A DNA stretch of 64,000 nucleotides from Octopus sinensis (Eukaryota), in contig NC_043010.1 of the NCBI RefSeq assembly GCF_006345805.1, positions 27,280,001-27,344,000 on the forward strand, read 5' to 3'. Of the stretch, positions 38,193 to 51,419 are shown in pieces (position 1 is the stretch's first letter; every line of letters begins with the position of its first letter). The translations under genes were made by a program, and so were the position numbers. The notes beneath the pieces were generated by a model. It was not told the DNA's origin. It searched no databases and was given only the letters and a program-made list of their open reading frames with translations.

Positions 38193-38830
38193 AGGCGCAG
38201 GAGTAGCTGTGTGGTAAGAAGTTCGCTTCCAAAGCACGTGGTTTCGGGTTCAGTTCCACTGTGGATCACCTTGGGCAAGTATTTTCTACTATAGCCTCAG
38301 GCTGACCAAAAACTTGTGAGTGGATTTGGTAGACGGAAACTGAAAGAAGCCCGTTGTGTGTGTGTGTGTATGTGTGTGTGAGTGTGTGTGTGTGTGTGTG
38401 TGTACCAAAAGCTGTATTTTAAACGCATTGCATCTTTTATTTAAATTCCTGGTTCATTAATTTTGAGGTCGAATCGATAAGTATAGGTGAGTGATATCGA
38501 ATTCCGTGGTTTCTAGTTCGGCTCCATTGCGAAACACTTTGGGCAACTACAGTCCCGACCAATACCCTGTGAGTGAATATGGTATATGGAATATTTATGA
38601 ATTAGTGTATAAACAAACGCGTTTTTTGCTTGCGTATGACATCCCCACCCACCCTTAATTACATGTGTAGGTTTGTTTAAATCCTTGTAACTTAACGGTT
38701 CGACAAAAACATAAACGATGGAAAAAGTACCAAATTAAAAATTAAGTGCTGGGCGAGTTTTTGGACTAAACCTTTAGAAGTGGTGTTCCAGTAAGGCCGT
38801 AGTCCAATGACTGAAACAAGTGGCGGAATA
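38193..38830 (+). mobile_element. SINE family A head plus an older decayed copy
   Basis: Head and core at 38193-38400; degenerate core and tail at 38480-38830. Confidence 0.68.
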
Positions 38831-39371
38831 AAAAAAAAGAATGTGTGCGTCTGTGTCTGTGTGTGTGTGTAAAGGGTGCTGTAAAAAGAACTCCCATATT
38901 TTACAGTTTGACAACCGTTTCAACAGCACATGCATTGTGTGCACCTGTCCAAATCATGATGTCTACTAAAATAGAAAGGGAAAATGTTACCTACGTGAAG
39001 ATACTCTTACTACCTACCTAACTTCCCTAGCACCACACTGAAGGCGGTATAAATTACGGAAGGTTGCTGCCGGTCCCTATATAAAAAGTCTACTGGTTAA
39101 CAACAAAGACTATATAAGTTCATGTTAAATATGACTGATATATTAGGATTTCGCTAGGGGGTCGACTTAATCCGCTGTCCGGCATATGAATTGACTTCCC
39201 AGGATAAACTTTATTGCAAGCACTAGGTGAGAGGCCTTTGGTTCGAGAATGTACAACGCCTTGTAAAGGATCATATACACTGCCCTGCACCTTGATTGTG
39301 TGTGTGCGCGCGCGTGTGTGTGTGTTGCGCGTTGTGCTGACAGCACTGGAGACTTCAAGATACATATGTAA

Positions 39372-39584
39372 TAGGGGGTGCTGAAAAGTTCCTGGCTTTG
39401 GGTAAAAGAAAATACAGGACTAAAATTATGATTTTAGTCAACATATTCCCCTCTCGGATTCCTACAATTCTTGCAGCGGTCCTTCAGTTTTGCTAAGCCC
39501 TGCAAAAGAACTCCGAAGGATGGGCCTCCAATTGGGTCTTTCGCGACACCCTTAAAGCCAGGAACTACTCAGCACCACCTCGTA
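39372..39584. mobile_element. mariner-derived MITE with about 28 bp TIRs
   Basis: GGGGGTGCTGAAAAGTTCCTGGCTTT versus AAAGCCAGGAACTACTCAGCACCACC; TA at the ends. Confidence 0.82.
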
Positions 39585-39959
39585 TGCATACATACATACA
39601 TACATACATACATACATACATACATACATACATACATACATACATACACACACATATATAAATAAATATATATATATATATACATACACACACATATATA
39701 TAGACACACACACACACACCGCGTAGCTATAGTGTTTATGAAATGCTTCCGATTTGTTTGCAACATGAACACCGTGGATGAAGCATTTACGTATGTATCG
39801 ATTGTGTATCATTGATTAGATTATGATATTATAAACCTCTCTAGGTATCTTTTGCGCTATCTACTTCTCTCTGTCACCGTCTCTTTCTGTCTGTCTGTCT
39901 CTCTCTTTTCTTTGTTTTTTTCCTCTCTTATTTCTCAAGAGAGACTAACAGAATAAGTA

Positions 39960-40172
39960 CCGGGGTTTTTTTTCTACTTTAGGCACAAGGACTGAAATTT
40001 CGTGGGAGGCGGCCAGTCGATTAGATCGAACCCAGTACGTAACTGTTACTTAATTCATCGACTCTGAAAGGGATGAAAGGCGAAGTAGACCTCGGCGGAA
40101 TTTGAACTCAGAACCTAAAGGCAGACGAAATACCGCTAACCGTTTCGTGCTAACATTTCTGCCAGCCCGCCG
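39960..40172 (-). mobile_element. SINE family B
   Basis: Matches the consensus. Confidence 0.78.
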
Positions 40173-40324
40173 CCATGAATAAGCATCAGGAGTTTTAAAA
40201 AGATAAGTCCTGCGGTCGATGCATTAGACAAATAATTCTTGAAGGTGGCGCCCCAGCATGGCCGCAGTCTAATGACTGGAACAGGTAAAAGATAAATGAT
40301 ACACCACACACACACATTCTTTTC

Positions 40325-40525
40325 TTTTATTCCTTTATTTGTTTCAGTCATTTGACTAAAACAAATAAAGCATGGCTATGCTGGAGCAACACCTTTTAGT
40401 CGAACAAATCGACTCCAGGACTTACTGTTTGTAGGTCTGGCACTCATTCCATCGGCCTCTTTTGCCAAACCGCTACGTTACGGGGACGTAAACATACCAT
40501 AATCGGTTGTCAAGTGATGGTGGGG

Positions 40526-40556
<31 letters not shown>

Positions 40557-40735
40557 ATATATATTTATATATATATACGACGGGCTTTTTTCAACTTCCG
40601 TCAACCAAATCCACTCACAAGGCTTTGGTCGGCCCGAGGCTATAGTAGAAGAAACTTGCCCAAGTTACAAGGGACAGAACCCGGAACCATGTGGTTGGTA
40701 AGCAAGCTACTTACCACACAGCCACGCCTGCACCT
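40325..40735 (-). mobile_element. SINE family A, near full length
   Basis: Matches the consensus. Confidence 0.85.
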
Positions 40736-40815
40736 ATATATATATATATATATATGTATAATGTATGTATGTGTATACATATATCTACACACATACATAC
40801 ATTATATATATAATG

Positions 40816-40861
<46 letters not shown>

Positions 40862-40869
40862 ATATATAT

Positions 40870-43043
40870 TGGTAAAAACGGTAAGATAACAAAAGAAAGA
40901 AAAAGACCTCAATATTATGTAAATAGAGGAAATTTATCTATAAAATAATATGTTACAATTACTCAATAGTCAAGATAAAACTCTGAGTTTCAGATGCCGA
41001 AGTGGAAATCCACAACACCATCTCTTCGGTTATCTGGCCATCTGAAAAACGCTATGAAAAATACCGTTATATAAAGGGAAATTACTGTGTTAAAATTCTG
41101 CTACTTATATAAAATAAGATTAAAAGTTCATAGTAAACACGTAAACATGGCTAGTCATACGCTCACATGTGCGCTCGCGGACCCACATGCGTACTTATAC
41201 GTCACTATGAAAACGTACATATCTTCACTCGCATTTTTCGCCAAATATATACGCACATATATACAAACTCATACACACACACACACGCGTACCATAAAAG
41301 TTCATACATACGTCTATATACGCACAAGCACAAGAAAAACCATGGTAAAAGGTAACAGAAAAAAACATAAGGAAGTATACAAAGCATAAAAACCACGTTC
41401 ATATACGGACATGCCCTTATGCACTCATACACACACACGCCCATATATGTACATACCTGCACATGTGTATATACGCATACACACACACGCATATACAAAA
41501 AATGAATATATATATGCCCCCCCCCCAAAAAAAACCCCTAAAAATGGAAAAATACTAAGTGAAAACGTCTATATATATAAATGCATTCTTATGCCCGCAC
41601 ACACGCACACATCTAAAACTGCCCACTCATACATATTCACACACGTGTACAAATGAATCTATATACACGTCTATATAGGCACAGGAAAAAATGCAGGATA
41701 GAAGAGTACAGAAAAAATTATTATGTGTGAAAATATAAAAATATATGAAATAATAAAAGGTATAATGAGATAAAAAAACTTTTTGGGACAAAATATAGAA
41801 AGCAAGTTCTATCTGTTTTCTTTAGGGGACCAAAAGCGTAACAAAAATTTTGTCACATATGGGCATGATCCGAAAAGTTCTGTCCTTGAGTTTAGACATG
41901 TAGTAGGGTCTAAGCTGCTTTTCCAGATAAGCCATTTCTCCATGTCGCATAGACCGCACTTTCCGCTGCCGTTGGTGTAAGGCTTACATTTGGCCAAAAT
42001 CTTCCAATGGATGTTATAATCGACACCTTTATCTTTTAAAGACCAAATATGATTAGATAATTTTGTCGCTTTTCTTTTGTTCCAGTGCCTAAACTCAAGG
42101 TGTGGTTATTGAGCCTGGCCTTGAAATTACCCTATGTAAGGCCCACGTATTTCTTCGTCGAAACGGTGTCTTTTGTGGTTATAGGGTCCACGGTAGCTTC
42201 ATAGATGATGGTCTCGGACATGCAAGCTCCATTTAGCGGGCACAATTTTTTATTCCTGCATGAACAGCTGTTTTCTTGTTGTGGTTTTTGTGTGTTATGT
42301 GTGATTATATTTTTAAAATTGGTAGTTGAACTAAAACTAATTTTTAAATTGTGTCTATTGAAGAGTTTCCTATAAGTATGGTTAACTGGAAAATGTCTAT
42401 CTATCAGTGTTAAGAAATATTTACCTATATTGAAGGTCACCTCGGGTGAGTAAGGGGGTAAACCAGGTAATCTTCCTATTTCTATTTTTCTTCTTTACTG
42501 TTGGGCTAGAAACAGGTGTATATTTTATTGTTTCGCTAAAACCACTATCAAACTGGGGCAACGCTATTAAAAATGTGGAGAGGCTAGAAATTCTCTTACT
42601 AATATTTTAAACTAAATTTTTGAATACTATAGGGGGATGGCATGAACCTACATTAATATAACTAGGTCTATCATTGGGCTTCCTATAAGGCTTATAAATA
42701 TTCTTATTTAGATCTAAGGAAACGTCTAGGAAATTGTCAACCGTCAGGTTAGTATCTATAGTTATACTAAGAACGAAGTATTTCATTAATTGGATAATAT
42801 CCTTCCTAAAACGATCCTGTGCTGGTCCATTTGTATTAGCGGTTAAAGCGAAGGCATCATCCTTGTAGATGGTGAAATATACGTCAGGAAATTTCTTACC
42901 TAAAGTATCTAGTAGAAAAAATCCAATAAGATCGCAAATGCCTGCTCCATCATATGATCCCATGCTCACATCGAAAGCACCCTCTGTGTCGGTATTTTTG
43001 ACCCACTTTGCGTTCTCACTGGAAAGTAAGGTATTTCTAGCAT

Positions 43044-43045
<2 letters not shown>
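40870..43045 (-). mobile_element. 5'-truncated Penelope-like element: RT, GIY-YIG endonuclease, simple-repeat-rich 3' region, hammerhead-bearing end
   Basis: FDVSMGSYDGAGICDLIG, YKDD, NFLDVSLDL, KPYRKPND..YIN..SCHPP, CSCRNKKLCPLNGAC..IIYEATV..KKYVGLT, CGLCDMEK; frameshifted. Clade (possibly Naiad-like) not established. Confidence 0.9.
40973..41035 (-). ncRNA. Hammerhead-like motif with extended stem II (U4C; irregular junction before GAAA)
   Basis: AGAUAA-CCGAAGA-GAUG..GUGG(AUUU)CCAC..CAUC-U-GAAA-CUC(A)GAG-UU-UUAUCU; 6 bp stem I. Confidence 0.55.
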
Positions 43046-43130
<85 letters not shown>

Positions 43131-43138
43131 TATATGTG

Positions 43139-43395
43139 AAGGCGCGTGGCTCAGTCGCTAGGGCGTCGAGCTTACGATCGTGAGGTTCGAATTCCGAACC
43201 CAGCTGCGTGTTGTGTTCTTGAGCAAGACACTTTATTTCACGTTGCTCCAGTTCCCTCATCTGTAGAAATGAGTTGCGACGTCACAGGTGCGAAGCTGTA
43301 TCGGCCTTTACCTTTCCCTTGGATGACACTGGTGGCGTGAAGAGGGGAGGACGGTACCCATGGGCGACTGCTGGTCTTCCATAAACAACCTAGAA
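43139..43395 (+). mobile_element. SINE family C-related (tRNA head, CTTGAGCAAGACACTTTATTTCACG domain, different tail)
   Basis: A and B boxes and shared central domain. Confidence 0.78.
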
Positions 43396-43666
43396 CAATG
43401 TTATTTGGAAGCAAGCTGCTTACCACCTGTGCCGTCATGAGCACAGGCGGCAGTTGCCCAGAAGCCTCATGGATCTAGAGACTCAACTTTGTTTTATGTC
43501 TGTTGTAGCTTGCTATCAATAAATAAATAAATATTATAGGGCCCAATGCATTGATCTACCCAGGGTCAATAATACTCTTAAGACGGTCCTGCCTACCGGA
43601 ACCCTTGGCAGTTGTCTAAAGTCGTGTGAGTAAATTTGGAAACCCGTTACATATGCGTGAGTGTGA

Positions 43667-43724
<58 letters not shown>

Positions 43725-44419
43725 ACGTGGTTGTGTGTTTGTTTGTCAGTTTCTAACCTCGTGACAAGTTGTCATGTATTGTTTGAGTCCCGGCAACGTA
43801 AGCGGTTCGTCAGAGACAGAAACAAACCTAGCGCCTGCGAGATGTCTGACGAGAATAACAGAACACACACACATACTAACACTCACACACTCGCACACAC
43901 ACGCACACAGATACACGCACGCACACACATACACACATTCATACATATATACATTCACACACACATTTTCATACACATACACGTACACACACGCGCACAA
44001 ACATACCCTCACGTTTATTTATATGCACACGCGCTCATGTATATACTCACGCATATCGCATATATGCACATACATGCATACATGCTTATACATGAATTTA
44101 TTCACGTATACATGCGTACACACACATACATACACACACTTATATGCATGCACATATACACACATGTATATACACACACATGTATATATACACACATGCA
44201 CACATACACACATCCATCCCATACATGCATACATACACGCATACATTCGCACACAAAGATATCTATACACACATAAGTGTATACATATATGCATATACAC
44301 ACTTATATACACATACGTGCACATTCTCTTATATAGTTTCTGAATGTTGTGCTCTAGCTTGACTTGAACCAAGATCACTAAAATAAAATAATGAACATAC
44401 ATACGAACCGGTAAGTTAC

Positions 44420-44470
<51 letters not shown>

Positions 44471-44553
44471 AATAAAGAGAAGGAGTATGCGTGTGTGTAT
44501 GTGTTGTCTCTTGACAACACACTCACACACACAGACACACACACACGCGCACA

Positions 44554-45200
44554 CAGGGTGCGGGGAATATATTGCTGTCTAAATTACGCAAAAATGAAAA
44601 TAACACTGACATCTCATTTTAACAGATATATTTACCAAAATTACATAAAAATATCTTGAAATACTAAAGAGTAATGTTTTTCTATAAAATCACCATTGGC
44701 TTCAACCACGGCCTCCAGATGACTTCGGAATTTTCTGCAACTCTTCTGGACAGGCTACTTGTTTAAGTTAGTGAATGCTGCCATAATCCTTGCCTTCAGT
44801 TCATCTTTGGTGTTACAAGGAGTTTTATTGGTCTTTCGCTCAACTGCGCCCTAAACATAATAATTAAAGGGTTGCAGTCTGGAGAGTTAGTTGGCCAGAT
44901 GTTAGGGGTGATATGGTTGCAGAAATTGTCTGACAGCCATGATTGGGTTCTCTTGCTTGTATGGCATGGTGCAGATACATGTTGCCAGACATAGGGTCTT
45001 CCAGCAGCACCCCTCTTGACCAAGATCATCAATACCTCCTCCAAGCACTTGATGTAGGCCACTGTGTTGAGTGTGAGCCTGTGTGAGAAGATGAATGGAG
45101 GCATAACGTCCCCATCACTAGTGATCACTCCAAACATCATGATGTTGACTGGATGTTTGATTTTTATCACTCTCAGTACATATCCTCAGATTGACACCCA
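44554..45200 (-). mobile_element. Decayed Tc1/mariner (maT/DD37D-like) transposase with one end
   Basis: KHPVNIMMFGVITSDGDVMPPFIF, GRPYVWQH.SAPCHTSKRTQSWLSDNF..ITPNIWPTNSPDCNPL. Confidence 0.88.
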
Positions 45201-45627
45201 AACACTCTGAAATGTTCATATTGGAGGTTCCGGTACGAATACCAAGCAATACATCATGTCATTTCCAAATTTCTGGCAGAGAGAATTGCGTTATGGTGCT
45301 GTTTTTCTCACAGACGGTGCCCAACTGACACTACTATACTGTGTAGTCGACAAAATCAAAAACAAACAAGGCACATGCAAATCCATTCACATATCTTAGG
45401 TCGGCTCGAGGCAAAAGTAGAAGGCACTTGCCCAACGTGTCACACCGTGGGGCTGAACCGGGAATCATGTTTGAAAGCAAACTTCTCACCTCACAACCAC
45501 GTCTGCGCCTACACACACACACACACACATACATACACACACACGCGCGCACGCACGCACACACACACACACACACACACCACACACACACACGCACGCA
45601 CGCACGCACGCACGCACGCACTCATGT

Positions 45628-45965
45628 CCTATTGCGTGGCACCTTGGGCAAGTATCCTCTACTGTAGCCTTGGGCCGACGAAAGCTTTTTCAGTGGACTT
45701 GGTAGACGGAAACTGAAAGAAGCCCGTCGTATATATTTATATGTATCTAAGTTTCTGTGTCTTTTGGGCGTGTTTATATTTGTTGCCCACCACCCCTTAA
45801 CAACCGGTATCGGTTTGTGTACGTCCCCGTAACATAGCATTCCGGCAAGAAGATCGATATCAGCAGCAGGCTAAAACAAACTTTGTGTTGATTTGATCGA
45901 TTTAACAATTCAAGGCAGTACTCCAGCAAGGCCGCAGTCTACTGATTAAAACAAAGGGTAAGAAA
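45628..45965 (+). mobile_element. SINE family A, 5' truncated
   Basis: Core and 3' module. Confidence 0.75.
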
Positions 45966-46789
45966 TAAAGGATACACACACAAACACACACACATATACA
46001 CATATACTATATATACTTATAGACACTCCCGTAATTTTCATCAGTACACACACATACTTATGCATACACACACACACGCACACACACACACACACGCACA
46101 CACGCTGACACACACCCAAGCACTTGTACACAAAAAGCCATTTCCACAGAAAACACTCCAACGTAGCCTTGAATTCTTCGTGTCATACAATATTCACTCC
46201 TCCTTCTCCTCCTCCTCCTCCTTTTCCCTCCCTCCTCTCCCCCTAATCCTCACTCCCACCACCGAATCATCGACCTCCTACTACCCGATATCGATCACTC
46301 CCTCACCCCTCTCATCCACTTCTCCCACTGGTTTCCCTCCCCCCACCTCCAATATTCATGACTGATAGTAGCGTTTCCTCTTTCGCCACTTCCAAACACT
46401 TCCTTTCTTTCATCACTGCCCCCCTCTCTCTATCTCCTGCCCCTCGCTCTCTCTCTCCTGCCTCTCCCTCTCTCTCTCTCTCACTCTGCCTTCATCTCCA
46501 GTATTACACTACTATATATCACACACATTATTTACGAATACGTAAACACGCATACACACACACACATACGATCAACTACTGCACGCACCTACATAATACA
46601 CATTGGAATATTTCTATTAACTGCTCAATTTTTTTACGTTTAATTTACTATATCGAGAAACACACTGCACGCAGTACTTGTCTATCGTGTTCTTGCATCA
46701 TCGTTTGCGTAACTGAGCACAATAAACGCATAGATGTATCTCTCTCTCTCTCTCTTTATATATGTATATATATGTGTGTATGTATGTAT

Positions 46790-46926
46790 GTTGCTTACCA
46801 ATCACACGGTTCCGGGTTCAGTCCCACTGCGTGGCAACTTAGGCAAGGGTCTTCTACTATAGCCTCGGGCCGACCAAAGCCTTGTGAGTGGATTTGGTAG
46901 ACGGAAACCGAAAGAAGTCCGTCGTA

Positions 46927-46982
<56 letters not shown>

Positions 46983-47260
46983 GTATCTATGTATGTATTT
47001 ATGTATGTATGTATGTATGTATGTATGTATGTATGTGTGAGTGTATATGTTTGTGTGTCTGTATTTGTCCCCCCAACATCGCTTGACAACCGATGCTGGT
47101 GTGTTTACGTCCCCGTAACTTAGCGGTTCGGCAAAAGAGACCGATAGAATAAGTACTAAGCTTACAAAGAATAAGTCTTGTGGTCGATTTTCTCGACTAA
47201 AGGCGGTGCTCCAGCATGGCCACAGCCAAATGACTGAAACAAGTAAAAGAGTAAAGAGAA

Positions 47261-47310
<50 letters not shown>

Positions 47311-47480
47311 GTGTGTATATATGTATATATGTATATATGTATATATATATACATACATACATACATACATGCACAGGCACAGGTGTGGCTGTGTGGTAAG
47401 TAGTTGCTTCCCAACCACATGGTTCCAGGTTTAGTCCCACTGCGTGGCACCTTGGGTAAATGCCTTCTACTATAACCTCA
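46790..47480 (+). mobile_element. SINE family A (46790-47260) plus a second head-only copy (47375-47480)
   Basis: Matches the consensus. Confidence 0.85.
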
Positions 47481-47779
47481 GCATGGCAAATAGATATGTA
47501 TATAGTTCAAAAATGAGAGATGAGAATCAGATATTCTCCATAAGGAAAACATTAAGTAGTGCTCAAGAGGTTTAAACTTGAGCGGGTGTTGAAGTAAATG
47601 TAGGGGTAAGCAAGTCAGGCAGGGCAATATGCAAAGTGTATCAGATACATGAAATACAAAAGATGTATATATGTTTACATACAAAAAATGTTCGACTTGC
47701 ACAGAATAGAAATGATAAAGAGAATTAAAGGGGTTGAACAAAAGTATTACAAATTTCTTGGGGGGGGGGGGATCCAGAA

Positions 47780-48260
47780 TCATGTTTGTCGATTGATTCC
47801 ATTGTCGGATGAGACGAGCCTCCGTCTTCAGGGAAGAGATCTTACGTTTGAGGTGTTGACAGAAAGAAGTTGAAAGATGGAAAGGTCATTCCATCTTTCA
47901 CACACACACAAACACATATTCGATGTATATGTTTGATTGGTTGATGTCTCCAGTCATGCTTTACATCATAAAGTGGGATAAGAGATCAAACAGGATATAC
48001 AGAGAGTTAATATAAGAAGTGCAGGATGAGTTCACATACTGGGCTTGGTGACTGGCAATGATGAAATAAACTCTACATACACAACGTTGGTGGCATTGCT
48101 AAATATTTCAGCCTTTTTAGGCTTCGTCAGTAACAAGTGTCAACTGGCAAACGCAGCTGCACGACTTTCGTCTGTTTCTGATATACTGTAATATTGTATA
48201 TACTGTAAAAACGTAACAGTAAGACTGTTACTGTTTTTAACACTGCGTCCATTAGAGGTG
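47780..48260 (-). mobile_element. Possible decayed PLE 3' region surrounding the intact hammerhead
   Basis: Weak GIY-YIG-like SCTS..CISC..PTL traces and a second decayed CUGAAGA motif near 47830. Confidence 0.3.
48096..48136 (-). ncRNA. Minimal type I hammerhead ribozyme candidate with an intact core
   Basis: UUGUUA-CUGACGA-AGCCU(AAAA)AGGCU-GAAA-UAUU-UAGCAA: 6 bp stem I, 5 bp stem II, palindromic AAUAUU stem III, AUU cleavage triplet. Confidence 0.72.
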
Positions 48261-48529
48261 CTATCTCAAGATGGATATCGCACTTTTTCAAAGTTCACCT
48301 TGGTGGAGTTTGAACCCAGAGTGTAAACAGCCGGAGGAAATGCTGCTAAGCATTTTATCCGACCCTCTAACAACCCTGCCAGCTGGCCACATTTAGTTGA
48401 TTAAGAGTGAAAAAAGAAGTGAAACAAGACCAGTGCGTGTGTTTCCTATTGTCGTAATGACCCTCCTAAGATACAATAATTTATACACACACATATATAT
48501 AATATATATATATATATATAATAAATCCC

Positions 48530-48728
48530 CCAAAATGAAGAACAAACACAAAAAATACAACAACGCGAGAACGTGGTACATGTAAAGTATTAACAGATGC
48601 TCAGGGAAGGAAAGTAACGTGGTTTTACGTTTTGAGCAAAGCTCTTCTTCAGAAACAGGAGACAGATGAAAGTCCCATAGAAAAGGAAGACGGAGAAAAA
48701 AAATTGCCCATGATTCACATGTGGTTAC
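48530..48728 (-). mobile_element. PLE pseudo-LTR-like repeat, hammerhead family 3 (motif 48622-48656, G12A)
   Basis: GUUU-CUGAAGA-A-GAGC(UUU)GCUC-aAAAC-GUA-AAAC. Confidence 0.6.
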
Positions 48729-48743
48729 ATTTTGAAATTATAT

Positions 48744-48785
<42 letters not shown>

Positions 48786-49095
48786 AAAATATCAGTAATG
48801 CAATACAAAGTATTGCCTCCAGTAAAAAGTAGCCCGTGAGGGAAAAATACACAATTAGTAAATATTATTTATATATTTTTTCCTTGGTTTTAGTCACGCT
48901 GGAGTATTGAATTGAAAAGGTCTTAGAGTAGATCAATTGTCACCTCTACTTTTAAACCTAATACGTATTCTACCATTCTCTTCTTTTTTTACCAGACCGC
49001 TAGATTAGGGCGACAAAAGATCCTAAAAATCATATTTTACAGAGTACATAAAACCTGCCGATACTGACTGGACAATTTAGTATAGAAGTAATTAT

Positions 49096-49420
49096 AATAA
49101 GAGCACTCAGAGAGCGCAAATCTCCGCCAAGGCAACACCAAAGTCCTCTCAACGATTAGACGGAGATGATTTTTAAAATGAGAATATTTGAAATAAACTC
49201 GACTGCTCTCTAAAACGAGAATACATAAAATGAACCCGACCGCTCCCAAAAATTAAGTAAAAAAAAACAAACAATAATCCAGAATCCTTGTCCGATATCG
49301 GATCGATCCCAAAATCTAATCAGTTCGTGCCAGTCATGAGACCAAACATCCCTGAAAGTTTCATCCGAATCCATCCGGCGATTCTTGAAATATCTTGCCC
49401 ATGGGCAAACAATGTGTAAA
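49096..49420 (+). mobile_element. Helentron-associated non-autonomous element (HINE/DINE-1-like), 3' truncated
   Basis: AATAAGAGCAC...CTCCGCC 5' end and AAAATCTAATCAG...AAAGTTTCATCCGAATCC...CTTGAAATATC core resemble HINE cores (recalled, not searched). Confidence 0.55.
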
Positions 49421-50520
49421 AATGCCGAAACATATTGAAAAACAACACCAACGCATCTGGTCCAGATAACATCCCATTCATCATTCACAAGTCTATCTCT
49501 TGGAGTTCTGTAATGGGATCTATGAGAAAACAAACTAATGTTCCTGAAGTTTTTAATTATTCCTTCAGAGAAAAGAGAGCTTCACCTGTCTCAGAACTAC
49601 GTCCCAACCTCTAGCTTCAAATATTTACAAGTAAATGCTCTTTCATTGAATTTCCTCTTTCACAGATTCCATCATACGACGGAGCTAAACCGGCTGAAAA
49701 ATCATAGAACTCAGATACATGAAAGCAAAGTTGCAGGTGTTTTCTTCTCATAGAAATTCTAAAGGTTTCTCTCCCAGCTGTTGGATGGCTGTTGACTCTA
49801 CCGAGTTCACCCATCCTTTGACAGGATTTGTTTTTCATCGTGTAGGGTGTCCAACGAAGACCACCCTCCTTACTAAATACGCTTAGTTGAGTCGTCAGTT
49901 TAGTCACCGACAGCCGACCATGCAACAGGTTGCTCTGGATTACATGTTACCAGAGGCACTTTGAGTGACCTCACATGATGAACATATGGCAGGTCACGCT
50001 GTATGTATGATGGGTGGATGGATGGATGGATGAATGGATGGATGGGTGGATAGAAGAATGGATGGATGCGTGGCTGGAGAGATGGATGGATATATACATA
50101 CTACATTCATACGTACTTACATATGTATATACGTATACACTTTATTTTTTATAGGTATTGATAATCATTTTTTGCAGGTGCATATGTGTGTGTGTCTGTG
50201 TGTGTGTGCGCGTGCGTGTGTGTGGAGACAGAGATATAGAGAGAGAAAGATAAATACGCATATACACAGAGATAAACATACATTTCTATTTATTTCAGTA
50301 TATGTTCACGTGAGATATGCATTTATATATTAATATTTATGTGAGCGTGTGTGCGTGACTCTGTAGAAATATTTGCGTACCGCCATTCAGCTGAATTCAA
50401 CAGATATGCACCACACAGCAATATTTGATAACACCAACAGAAAGTCAAAGTTACATATCCTGTAGAACTCTTATCCCAGGGGAGACTATCCAGGCCATCA
50501 TTATCGTAACGAAAACGTCA

Positions 50521-50660
50521 TGTTCAAATTCCGCCGAGGTCGACTTTACCTTTCATCCTTTCGGGGTCGATGAATTAAGTACCAGTTGCGTACTGGGGTT
50601 GATCTAATCGACTGGCCCCCTCCCCAAAAAATTTTGGGCATTGTGCCTAGAGTAGAAAAG
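50521..50660 (+). mobile_element. 5'-truncated family B SINE with a 13 bp TSD
   Basis: AACGAAAACGTCA at 50508-50520 and 50661-50673. Confidence 0.9.
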
Positions 50661-50934
50661 AACGAAAACGTCAATGTTTTGTGAAAAACACAACCAGTAT
50701 AACTAATAAAAATTCCAACACTACCAAAATTTTCAGTTAGGCTCCTTATGTCTTTCTGATTGTTGTGTATAATACCCCGTAGGTAAAAATCTTGGCCCCC
50801 ATCCAAGACAAAGTCCTACAGTCAGTTAGAAACGACCAAGATATTATCAGAACTTGTATCGCTCTGACACTGACTTTGATGATGGACTCGCTTTCATAGC
50901 GTCATGTGTTAGTTTTTTTTGTTTTTTATTTGTC

Positions 50935-51250
50935 TGGCACTCCGTCGGTTATGACGACGGGTATTCCAGTTGATCCAATCAACGGAACAGCCTTCTCGTG
51001 AAACTGACGTTTAAGTGGCTGACCATTCCGCAAACACGTTCACCCTTAGCGTAATCCTCAAGGAAATTCAACGTGATAAAGAATGCAACAAGATTGGCTA
51101 TTTGAAATACAGGTCCAACTCATTTTTGCCAGCTGAGTGGTCTGGAGCCACGCTCATGGACACAGCGACACAAGGGCACAACGTGCCACCAGGAATCAAA
51201 CTCACGACGTTACGAGTGTGAACCGGATACCTTAACCACAAACTCACGTG
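50935..51250 (-). mobile_element. SINE family C
   Basis: Tail GGCACTCCGTCGGTTATGACGACG, central CTCATTTTTGCCAGCTGAGTGG, tRNA head. Confidence 0.8.
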
Positions 51251-51419
51251 TCTTTATAGCATCAAAGTGTAATATGGAAGACTTGTCACAATCTCTATCC
51301 TTGGGAATATTGCAGCAAAGGTCAGTTTGTATCTCAATGCAGTAAAAGCTGAGTATGGCCATCGATAATGCTGAGTGTTCCAAAGAAGGCTCATAACTCA
51401 AGTAAGTTAGTGACTTAAC

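Noticed and set aside
43139-43215. tRNA-like sequences here and at other SINE heads as tRNA genes
   Set aside because: They lack proper acceptor stems and continue into SINE bodies.
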